A stretch of 52,260 bases of DNA from an uncultured Actinomycetes bacterium (lineage in GTDB: Bacteria > Actinomycetota > Actinomycetes > S36-B12): NCBI GenBank assembly GCA_903832025.1, contig CAIKZY010000076.1, positions 1 through 52,260 of the forward strand, read 5' to 3'. Below, in pieces: positions 38,397-46,944 of the stretch. The translations under genes and the position numbers were made by a program. How positions within the stretch are numbered: the stretch's first letter is position 1; the number at the start of each line of letters is the position of its first letter. Under the pieces are notes generated by a model. That model had not been told where the DNA came from. It made no database searches and saw only the letters and a list, made by a program, of their open reading frames with translations.

Positions 38397-38612
38397 CCAC
38401 CTCGCCGAAGTCAGCAGGATTCCGAACTTCTGGGCGGACGGGTTCGGCACGTGAAGATTGCAGCGTGGGGAATCTCGATTCCTGGTCCTGCCGATGTCGT
38501 AATCGTTCAGCGGGAGACCGGTACCGCAAGTCCGACATCCAGCTTGGGCAGCAGTCGGGGAATGAATTGGATGCCAGAATGGTGTCCAATCGCATCGGTA
38601 GGGAGGGATTTC

Positions 38613-38747
38613 ATGTCCGACATCGCAGATCGCAGGCCCTATGTAGCGCCGGCCGCTCCACAGGTTGTCGCGACGATCGTGGGAGCGGCGGTGACCTACT
38701 ACGGTGGGTCTGGAGCCGATAGTGGTTTCTACGCTTCATACAACTGA
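38613..38747 (+). CDS. Putative lasso precursor A3, 44 aa: MSDIADRRPYVAPAAPQVVATIVGAAVTYYGGSGADSGFYASYN
   Basis: C-terminal part of track ORF 38451..38747. GGGAGG RBS before ATG 38613; paralogous to A1 and A2. Confidence 0.85.
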   Translation: MSDIADRRPYVAPAAPQVVATIVGAAVTYYGGSGADSGFYASYN

Positions 38748-38879
38748 ACGATCGACGCTGCGTGATCAGGCATGACCCCTATGCACCTGCTGTCCAGGTT
38801 CTGCCGTTGAGGACTTCGTCGCCAGGAAGCCAAGATTGACCGTGTCGAAGTCTTACTGGGCTCACGGTGGAGGAGGCCT

Positions 38880-39857
38880 GTGGACGTGAAGCACTCCTTG
38901 CCCTCAACACCGTTGGTGAGCGTCATCATTCCTGTCCAGGATCGAATTGATTTCCTGGGTGCTGCACTGGCAAGTGTCCGAAATCAAACCGTCCATGACC
39001 TAGAAGTGATCATCGTCGATGCCGGGTCGACCCAGGATGTCGGCGGGTTCGTCAGGCATATTCAACGGACCGACTCCCGGTTTCGCTTCGTGCGAAGCGA
39101 TGCCAGGCTGAGCGCGGCAGAGGCCAGAAACCTGGGTTTGCAGCAAGTGCGGGCGCCGTACGTCGCTCATCACGACTCAGACGACATCATGCAGCCGATG
39201 CGGTTGCACCAGCAATTGTCTGCTTTCGACGCACCAGATCTTGAGTGTGTGGCTGGATGCATGCTGGGGATGAGTGCAGCAGGACTGCGTCTTTCGACCA
39301 TGGCCTCGCAAGGGACGACGGATGCTGCAACGGCGATGACTGATCTAGAAGTCAGATGGCGCTTTCCAATTTTGATGCCTTCGATGACCTCAACGCTCAT
39401 GATGCGGACGCAAACCCTGCGGGATATGGGCGGATTTTCTACGAACTACACCACCTGCGATGACTATGTCACCATGGCTACTCTGCTTGACCGGGGAAGA
39501 GTCGTGCGCATTGGCGAATATGTCACAAAGTACCGACAGCACGACCGTCAAATTTCCACGTCGAGGAATATCGAGCAACAAGTGCAGCTGTCGCTGCTGC
39601 GACAGCGCATCATCGCCTCGCGAGTCAGCGCCAAGGTCGCACTCGGTCCGGTCATGACCCTCACCCTGCCCAACCTGCCCGAATCAACGACGCACCGATA
39701 TCACCGTGAGGCGCTGTCCCTGCTCGACGCGCTGTTAGAGAGCTTTCTGGACGAGCATCAGCCACGTGAACAGGATCAAAAGTGGATCCTGCACGACTAT
39801 CGACAGCGAAGGCACGCCTTGATGCAGCAAGCCGGCCTTCGTGATGACACCGCATGA
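38880..39857 (+). CDS. Glycosyltransferase family 2
   Basis: VSVIIPV, IIVDAGS, ARNLG, HDSDDI, CDDY and YRQH motifs. Confidence 0.9.
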   Translation: MDVKHSLPSTPLVSVIIPVQDRIDFLGAALASVRNQTVHDLEVIIVDAGSTQDVGGFVRHIQRTDSRFRFVRSDARLSAAEARNLGLQQVRAPYVAHHDSDDIMQPMRLHQQLSAFDAPDLECVAGCMLGMSAAGLRLSTMASQGTTDAATAMTDLEVRWRFPILMPSMTSTLMMRTQTLRDMGGFSTNYTTCDDYVTMATLLDRGRVVRIGEYVTKYRQHDRQISTSRNIEQQVQLSLLRQRIIASRVSAKVALGPVMTLTLPNLPESTTHRYHREALSLLDALLESFLDEHQPREQDQKWILHDYRQRRHALMQQAGLRDDTA

Positions 39858-39888
39858 CGCGGCAGCCCCGCCCACGGCTCATGAACTG

Positions 39889-40959
39889 CTAGATGACAGG
39901 GACCTGCCAGAAGACGGCGGACCAGTCGATTACCTGGAGCTCTGCTGTGATGTGGTGCTTTGCGCGGAACTCCTCCACCGCCGCACGGCAGGTATCAATG
40001 CAGTAGTCGTCGATGATGACGAAACCACCTGGAGTGACTTTCGCGTAGAGCGACTCCAGCACTTCAGTGGTGGACTGGTGGAGATCGCCGTCCAGACGCA
40101 GCAGGGCGATCTGATGGATTGGCGCCGTCGGCATCGTGTCGCTAAACCAGCCTTGCAGGAATTCAACCCGATCGTCCAGGAGCCCGAAGGCCGCAAAGTT
40201 CTCACGCACGTCGTCAAGCGAGACGGCAATTTTCCCTGCGGATTTGGCCCAGAACGCGTCATCGGGATATCGCTCAATGTCGGGGACCGGTAGCCCTTCG
40301 AATGAATCGCACACCCACACGCGTCGCTGCGGGTCTTCGTGTGCCTCCAGTACGGCCTTCATCATGATGGTCGCCCCGCCCCGCCAGACTCCTGTCTCGA
40401 CGAAGTCGCCGGGAATCTGCTCATTCATGACGTATTCAGCGAGCGCGCGGACATTTCGCAGTCGTGGAAAGCCAATCATCGTGAATCCCGGCATGCTTCG
40501 AAGGCCATGGTTGACCGCGTAGCCTGCGAGCAAGGAATCCACGTCGGGGCCTTGCGGGCCATTCTCGGGCGCCTTGTACAACAGGCCCAGCAGCGCGCGC
40601 TCGGTCAGGTCCAGGTAGCGGGCACGGAGGTCCCGAGAAGCCTGAGCGGACGTAGGCACCGGCTGGATGTCACCCTCAACGAGTCCCAGGGATCGAAGAT
40701 CCTCAGTAAAGCGTCGCACATCGGACTGAAGTTGTTCAGCTTCCGCGTCAAACTCCTCGAGCAGGCGACTGACGGTCTTGTCAACCGAGGATGTCTCGCG
40801 CAAGGCGGTCCACATCGAGCGACCAACCTCGTCAAGCTCGATGAGCTCCAAGGTCACCATGTTCACCACGACGCACGCTTGATCATCAAACTCCTCGTGA
40901 GCATGTGAGATCACCCGCACTTCGTCCCAGGGCGTTGGGGAAGATTCGTTGGTGCTCAT
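39889..40959 (-). CDS. RRE (PqqD)-TylF/MycF/NovP-type O-methyltransferase fusion
   Basis: N-terminal ~95 aa RRE (VVVNMVTLELIELDEVGRSMW...LLEEFDAEAEQLQSDVRRFTEDLRSLGLV). C-terminal TMIG, PGDFVETGVWRGG, DSFEGLP, GWFSDT, LRLDGD and IIDDY motifs. Confidence 0.88.
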   Translation of the reverse strand: MSTNESSPTPWDEVRVISHAHEEFDDQACVVVNMVTLELIELDEVGRSMWTALRETSSVDKTVSRLLEEFDAEAEQLQSDVRRFTEDLRSLGLVEGDIQPVPTSAQASRDLRARYLDLTERALLGLLYKAPENGPQGPDVDSLLAGYAVNHGLRSMPGFTMIGFPRLRNVRALAEYVMNEQIPGDFVETGVWRGGATIMMKAVLEAHEDPQRRVWVCDSFEGLPVPDIERYPDDAFWAKSAGKIAVSLDDVRENFAAFGLLDDRVEFLQGWFSDTMPTAPIHQIALLRLDGDLHQSTTEVLESLYAKVTPGGFVIIDDYCIDTCRAAVEEFRAKHHITAELQVIDWSAVFWQVPVI

Positions 40960-41232
40960 CACATGGACCCTCTCATTGAGTGCAGTCATCCGCGAATTTC
41001 CTGCGCGCGAACTCCTTGAGGTTACAGGGCGACTGATTCCAGGTGGTGGTGAGCCGCATGTGCGCAAGCAAAACTCCCCCTCGGGAGTCCGAAACCGTGT
41101 TCGGGCATGGGAATCACGGGCAGACCACGATGGGCAACTGCGATCACGCGGTCGCACTGGGGTTCAAGAAGTCACGCATCAACCGCACCCGGCCCGGCTG
41201 AGCCATTGCCCAGTAGTCCGTGGGGCGAAGTC

Positions 41233-42060
41233 CTACGCGCCGGCCAGTGTCACGATGGCATCGGTGGCGAAGCCGAGCAGCAGCCCAATGAAGATGCCCC
41301 ATGTGGTGACGGTCTTGACGTTCATCTTGCGCGCGACGGACAGCAGTTCGATGATCACGTACAAAATCGAGCCAGCCGCCAGCGTCAAGAAGATCACTGA
41401 CGCCACATCTGAGGTGTATCGCTGGCCGACTACAGTGCCCAGCAGTGTTGGACCGCCGCCGATGACACCCAGCAGCAACAGATACCCCCAGCTGGGCCGC
41501 ACCCGCTCTGCGGCCATTGGAGCCACGATGCCGAATCCTTCGGTGGCATTGTGCGCAGCGAATCCGATCACCAGCAGCACGGCCAGGCTGACTGCGCCAT
41601 TGGCTGCGCTATTGCCAATGGCCAAGCCCTCGGCAAAGTTGTGCAGGCCAATACCTACAGCGATCATCATGGCCAGGGATTTCACCGTGTGCGTGTGCGC
41701 CGCAGGGCTGAATTCCGCCACTGCCGCTGCGCCAGGACCGATGGGCTTGCGTGCGGCCGCGGTGCGGGCAATCCAGCGGTCGAAGTAGACCAGGGTGATT
41801 AAGCCGGTGCCGATCCCCACGGCAAACAGGAACGCCAGCCCAGCCACGGTGCCCGGTTGCTTGGCCGTCAGTGCACTGTCGATCGGCTGCCACGCATGGG
41901 TCAACACGTCCCAGAGCAAGAAGAGCAAGATGCCGATAGCCAGGGCGTTGAGCCAGGCCCGGGTCTTGGGCATCTTGGCGCGAATGCGGCCCAGGGGAAG
42001 CCCCAGCAAGATCGTGGCCCCGGCGATGGCGCCGAGCAGCGTGATCTGCACAGAACTCAT
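41233..42060 (-). CDS. ZIP-family metal transporter
   Basis: GIGLHNFAEGLAIG, HNATEGFGI and AAGSILYV motifs; ~8 TM. Confidence 0.9.
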   Translation of the reverse strand: MSSVQITLLGAIAGATILLGLPLGRIRAKMPKTRAWLNALAIGILLFLLWDVLTHAWQPIDSALTAKQPGTVAGLAFLFAVGIGTGLITLVYFDRWIARTAAARKPIGPGAAAVAEFSPAAHTHTVKSLAMMIAVGIGLHNFAEGLAIGNSAANGAVSLAVLLVIGFAAHNATEGFGIVAPMAAERVRPSWGYLLLLGVIGGGPTLLGTVVGQRYTSDVASVIFLTLAAGSILYVIIELLSVARKMNVKTVTTWGIFIGLLLGFATDAIVTLAGA

Positions 42061-42086
42061 TGGTAATTCCCCTTATCCGTGACGAG

Positions 42087-42105
42087 TGAGGTAAGGCTAC
42101 CCTAA
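42087..42105. promoter_or_regulatory. DtxR/IdeR iron box upstream of the ZIP transporter
   Basis: TGAGGTAAGGCTACCCTAA matches the consensus TWAGGTWAGSCTWACCTWA at 17/19 positions, ~27 bp upstream of the start codon. Confidence 0.8.
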
Positions 42106-42559
42106 CTTCGTGGTCGGCGCTCCCAGAGCAGCCGACGGGATGCGACGAATAGGTCACATTGAGCAGCTCCGTGGGCCAGGCAGGCTGTGGCATTGGGACA
42201 GCTGGGCCTCTTTGTGGGTCACCTTTCGGCCTCAGCGCGCTTCGTCAGCCAGATCCTGAGCCCGACGATATGTCCTGACCCGTGCGGCCCCGGGCCGATT
42301 TCCCGGTTGCCGTACTGAGCACCGAGCCACCCGCAGGGACTGCACCTTGGCGCTCAGTGCGCTGGGGAAGTCCGCTGAGTCCATGCCCACTGCTGCCCAA
42401 TCGGGGATGTCACATATCGAAGTGCAGGTCGGCGATTCGGGCCAGGTTCGTGCAGGTCCCTGGGTCAGGTGATGCACCATCACGTCCACGACGGGCGTGT
42501 CCGATCTCTCCAAGCAGCATGCAAGAACTCTGGTGGCGTGCGTGCGCCGTGAGCCCGAG

Positions 42560-44521
42560 CTAGCGGACCTTTGACTTTCCGGCCTTAGCCTTTCCCGCTT
42601 TGGTCTTTCCCGCTTTTGCAGCCGGCTTGCCGGGCTTGCCAGCTTTCACTTTCGATCGCGGCTTCTTGCCTGCCACCCCATCGCGGGCCGATGAGCGTGC
42701 ATCGGTGCTGCCAGGCCTGGTCGCGCGCGGCTTTCCCGTTGCGCCTTGGGCATCGATGTATCGCTCAGTTCGGGACGTTGCGGTCCGCGGAGGGCGAGGA
42801 GCATCCGCATCATTGACTCGGGACGGACGTGATCCGCTGGGACGCTGAGTCGACGGCGCAACGCGGCTACTGCGACGGGGTGCCCCCTCGGACTCGAACG
42901 AGCGGGGAGCACGGTCGCTTCGCTCCGCACGCTGCGGCCGATCTGATCGACTCGTGCGCTCTGCCTGCTCAGTTCGCGCCGGGCGGGTGTATCGCTCGTC
43001 GCGAACCGGTCGGTCAGATCGATCCGGCCGACCGGGGCGGTCTGCCTGCTCGGTACGTGCGGGTCGAGTTTGGCGTGCAGGACGTTCGGTGCGCTCAGGT
43101 CGGATGTAGCGATCTGCCTTGGTCGGCCGATCCGCCGGCGGTGTCCAGTCCGGACGAGAAGTCCGTTCAGTGCGCTCGGGGCGATCGGCGCGCTCAAATC
43201 GTACTGCGCCGGCCGGGCGATCGGCGCGCTCAAATCGCTCCGTACGTCCAGGCTTGCGAGGCCCGCCGCTGCGGCCCTTGAAACCGCCGCTGCGTTGATG
43301 TGAAGCGCGGTTGACCCGTGAGTGTGATGCTTCCTTCGGCGGGATCCACGGGATGCCCGATGGCTGCTGTGCACCGGTGATGTCAACCAGGACGTCATCA
43401 ACGGGGCGAACCCGGCTGACTGTCGGCTTGACTCCCGCCTTGGCCGTGAGGCCATCGACGCCGCGTTGCTGCTTTGGCGCAGTGATCGTGACCACGGTTC
43501 CCGATGCACCGGCGCGTGCTGTGCGGCCGGCGCGGTGGACGTAGTCCTTGGGGTCGCGTGGGGCATCGATGTTGACGACCAGGGAGATGCCATCGACGTG
43601 GATACCGCGCGCGGCGACATCGGTGGCGACCAGCACGTTGATCGTGCCGTCCTTGAACTGAGCCAAGGTCTTGGTGCGCACGGCCTGTGACTTGCCACCA
43701 TGCAGCGCGCCTGCGGCCACGCCTCGCGAGTGCAATGTTTCGGTGATGCGATCCACGCCCAGCTGCGTGCGAGCAAACAGCATCGTCTTGCCGTCTCGGC
43801 TGGCAATCCGCGCGGTGATCTCATCCTTGTCCATTGGGTGCACGACCAGTACGTGGTGCTCCATGGTGCTGACGTGTGCCTGACCGGAGGCAATCTCGTG
43901 CCTGGCTGGGTTGTGCATGTATGCACGAACCAGCTTGTCGACGTCTCCATCCAGCGTCGCGCTGAACAGCAGCCGCTGTCCGCGGGCGCGGGTCTGATCC
44001 AAGATCTCCTGCACGATCTCGGTGAAGCCCATATCGGCCATCTGGTCTGCTTCGTCCAGCACAGTAACCGCGATCTGGGCCAAGTCGACGTTGCCGCGAT
44101 TGACCAGGTCAACCAGCCGTCCCGGCGTCGCAATGAGAATGTGCACGCCGCGATCAAGTGCCTGGATTTGCTTGGCATAGGGCATGCCGCCTGCGATGAG
44201 GCGGATGCGCAGGCCGCATGCCTCAGCCAGGGGAGTCAGGCCGTCGCTGACTTGCATGGCCAATTCACGAGTGGGAACGAGCACGAGGCCTTGTGGTTGA
44301 CGCGGGATCGCCGGCTTTCCGATCAGGCGCACGATCAGCGGAAGGCCGAACGCCAGGGTCTTGCCCGACCCGGTCTGGGCACGTGCGAGCACGTCGCGGC
44401 CAGCGATGCCATCGGGAAGTGTCGCCTTCTGGATCGCGAACGGCTCATTGACGCCGGAGCGACGCAATGCAGCCAGCAGGGGGATGGGAATGCCGAGTTC
44501 TTCAAAGGTCAAAGCGGTCAT
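42560..44521 (-). CDS. DEAD-box RNA helicase with long Arg/Lys-rich repetitive C-terminal tail
   Basis: Q motif, AQTGSGKT, PTRELA, TPGRL, LDEAD, SAT, ARGI and HRAGRTAR motifs. Confidence 0.95.
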   Translation of the reverse strand: MTALTFEELGIPIPLLAALRRSGVNEPFAIQKATLPDGIAGRDVLARAQTGSGKTLAFGLPLIVRLIGKPAIPRQPQGLVLVPTRELAMQVSDGLTPLAEACGLRIRLIAGGMPYAKQIQALDRGVHILIATPGRLVDLVNRGNVDLAQIAVTVLDEADQMADMGFTEIVQEILDQTRARGQRLLFSATLDGDVDKLVRAYMHNPARHEIASGQAHVSTMEHHVLVVHPMDKDEITARIASRDGKTMLFARTQLGVDRITETLHSRGVAAGALHGGKSQAVRTKTLAQFKDGTINVLVATDVAARGIHVDGISLVVNIDAPRDPKDYVHRAGRTARAGASGTVVTITAPKQQRGVDGLTAKAGVKPTVSRVRPVDDVLVDITGAQQPSGIPWIPPKEASHSRVNRASHQRSGGFKGRSGGPRKPGRTERFERADRPAGAVRFERADRPERTERTSRPDWTPPADRPTKADRYIRPERTERPARQTRPARTEQADRPGRPDRSDRPVRDERYTRPARTEQAERTSRSDRPQRAERSDRAPRSFESEGAPRRSSRVAPSTQRPSGSRPSRVNDADAPRPPRTATSRTERYIDAQGATGKPRATRPGSTDARSSARDGVAGKKPRSKVKAGKPGKPAAKAGKTKAGKAKAGKSKVR

Positions 44522-44802
44522 GGTGCAGCCTTCTGTAGCGGGGAATCGTTCAGGACATCAAGCGCGTCCAGAACGCGATCCCTATTCGTGATCGCCGCTA
44601 AAGCCAAGACTCGCAAGAGGGCATCAGGTGCCCAGTGGTCGCGACAAGTACCTTGTGCACTTGTGCAACACCCTTACCGTACTCGGTAGGAGTCAGAAAA
44701 CGGAAATCCGCGCCCTCAGGGCGCGTCGACAACGACGTTCGATTTCCCAGATGCACGTTGGCAGGCATTGATGGGCACTTCGGTTCGCGTTACATTTTCA
44801 CG

Positions 44803-45492
44803 ATGCAGCGCCTGCTCCTGACAGTGACCGCCATGGGCATGGTTGCATCAACGGCGTTGATTCCCATCGGTTCATTCGATGACGGACGTGGACACGCAGT
44901 GACCCCGGCAAGTACTTTCTTCGCCATTTGGGGTCTGGTCATCGTGTTGTGCTTGATTGTTGCTGCACTGTCATGGCGTCGGTCGGCCACCCCTGCCTAC
45001 CGGGTAGCCGGTTGGCCATTGGTGATCGCGCAGTTGGGCTTTTCCGTATGGCTGTTGGTTGCCTGGGCACAATCGGCGTGGGGAACAGTGGTGGTGTTCG
45101 CCGGCATCCTGGCCGCGCTAGTGGTGGGCTTGTATCGACTCCGCACGCAATCAGATGTTCGGCGGAATGGTCTTGTCGCCTCCACGCTCGGGCTCTACGC
45201 CGGATGGTCCACTGCTGCGATCTGGTTGAACCTGGTGACGAACCTGCCTGCTCGCTATGCCGATGCTGGCTGGATGCAGTCGCTGTGCCTGGTTGGCGCA
45301 GGAGTCAGTGCATTAGCGGTGATCGTGTGGATTCGACCCGGTGTTGCGTACGTTCTTGCTGTTGAGTGGGCGTTGGTGGGCGTGGCAATCGCAGCTGCCA
45401 GGTACGCCGCCTGGGCCCCATTCACGATTACGGTGATCAGTGCGGTAGCAGTTGCGGCAACGTTCCTTCAGGTTCGCAGATCAGGGGCTTGA
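44803..45492 (+). CDS. Membrane protein, tryptophan-rich sensory (TspO-like) family
   Basis: TPASTFFAIWG, GLYAGWSTAA..LN and WALVGV motifs; multi-TM. Confidence 0.65.
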   Translation: MQRLLLTVTAMGMVASTALIPIGSFDDGRGHAVTPASTFFAIWGLVIVLCLIVAALSWRRSATPAYRVAGWPLVIAQLGFSVWLLVAWAQSAWGTVVVFAGILAALVVGLYRLRTQSDVRRNGLVASTLGLYAGWSTAAIWLNLVTNLPARYADAGWMQSLCLVGAGVSALAVIVWIRPGVAYVLAVEWALVGVAIAAARYAAWAPFTITVISAVAVAATFLQVRRSGA

Positions 45493-45668
45493 CGACCGCA
45501 CCGAAGGTGTGGATGCACTGTTTCTGGCAACAGCCTGCTCAGCACGATGTCTGAAGCTCTTCCCGTCGGCAGGCACGAGCGGTGAATGACCCCGTTCGCC
45601 AGCGAGCTATGTCTCGTGAAGTGAGCCGTTGACCCAGCCCTGCAGCGTGGTCGACCGGTCAGTGCCGG

Positions 45669-46457
45669 TTATCGCCCATCCCACGCAGTGGTCTGTGAGG
45701 GATCTGAGGCACCCCATCCTTGACTTGGGCTCTGCATCCACGCCGAACCGTTCCAGAACACGGTCCGATTGCACACGGAGCCGCCGGTGGCAGCCACCGC
45801 CCACTGCGCCCACGACGGGCTCCAGCCGGGTCGACAGGACTGGCTGGCCGAGCGGCCGTAGGACTGAAGCCACGCGGGCATTTGTGCATCGGGGGCACTT
45901 GCCGGGGCACCGTCCCACACGATCGCGATCGTGGTGCCGGCCGGCGGTCCATTGTTGACTTCGAAGCTGGCGATCTGATCACCGGGCGTCAAGGGAACAC
46001 CAGCATTGATCGGGGAGTTCGCCCCGGCCGGCGGAATCCCCAGGAGCACGGCCGTGACTGACGATGCCGGGCCAGGCCCAGGTGTTCCGTACCAGTCGTT
46101 TGGGCCGAAGGAGCCGTAACTGCCCCAGGTCGACCAGCTTCCGGTGGACGAAATCGGTTGACCGAGATAGCCGATGCCGTCTGCGGCATCGTGCGGGCCA
46201 ACGATGTTGGCCATGTCGCTATCGCCCCCTCCGCCAGGAGTCAGGCAGTCGCCGCTGAACGTAAACGTGATGGCGTCTCCGATGTTCGCCGTCACGTGAA
46301 CCGTGGCAGCGTCGCAAGCCATGGATACCGAGACATTCCCAGCTTGGGCCGGGCTGGCAACCAGCATGGCCCCGCTCACAGTCAGGACTGATGCCAGTGC
46401 CACCACTGCACTTCGGCGAGTGCGCATCCATTGGGGTAATGCAGTCAACCTGGTCAT
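45669..46457 (-). CDS. Secreted protein with C-terminal Cys/Trp (PSWAQW) domain
   Basis: Signal peptide ending SPAQA. C-terminal WLQSYGRSASQSCRPGWSPSWAQWAVAATGGSVCNR. GGAGG RBS. Confidence 0.75.
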   Translation of the reverse strand: MTRLTALPQWMRTRRSAVVALASVLTVSGAMLVASPAQAGNVSVSMACDAATVHVTANIGDAITFTFSGDCLTPGGGGDSDMANIVGPHDAADGIGYLGQPISSTGSWSTWGSYGSFGPNDWYGTPGPGPASSVTAVLLGIPPAGANSPINAGVPLTPGDQIASFEVNNGPPAGTTIAIVWDGAPASAPDAQMPAWLQSYGRSASQSCRPGWSPSWAQWAVAATGGSVCNRTVFWNGSAWMQSPSQGWGASDPSQTTAWDGR

Positions 46458-46918
46458 GCGTGCCTCCGCGGTTCGGCGAACACCCAAGTCTACCGACGTT
46501 CAGGACACATGGGGAGTGCATGCGGCACTCGTGGTCACGCTCCTGGGTGGGGCAGTACCCGTCGATCCGACGCATGCCAGCGGCAGTGGGGGATGCCGCA
46601 ACTGCGAACATGTCACCTCCGGCGCTCGGCCGGGATATCTAGGTGCGAATCGCGGCTAGGCCTGCACCCACGGAGAACACACCGGGTGCTCATGGATGCT
46701 CGGCGGTTTCGCCGCGCACATGTGGGACAAAGTACGGAGCAGGCGGTCCGCATTCGCTGAAGTCTCAAGTAGTCCTTCAACAATCTCTCAAGGGCAGGTT
46801 CAGGCTTCTTAGGGGGGAAACGAATTACAACCTTGTGACTCAGGTGTCTCATTGGCCACATGTGCCACTTTCGTGTCAAAGTGCGCGGGTGCACATGGGG
46901 CCAAGAGCACCACGAATG

Positions 46919-46944
46919 CGTCGACGCATATATATGCGTCGACG
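46919..46944. repeat. Perfect 26-bp palindrome overlapping the probable start of the NlpC/P60 gene
   Basis: CGTCGACGCATATATATGCGTCGACG is its own reverse complement. Confidence 0.8.

Larger units (their letters stand above)
25903..40959. other. Lasso-peptide-type RiPP biosynthetic gene cluster with kinase, nucleotidyltransferase, glycosyltransferase and methyltransferase tailoring genes
   Basis: Cyclase, B1, B2, ABC exporter, three precursors and tailoring enzymes are co-localised. Boundaries are set at the outermost RRE-containing genes. Confidence 0.85.

Noticed and set aside
46640-46915. c-di-AMP (ydaO) riboswitch upstream of NlpC/P60
   Set aside because: Expected from context, but I could not find the conserved motif blocks; cmscan would settle it.
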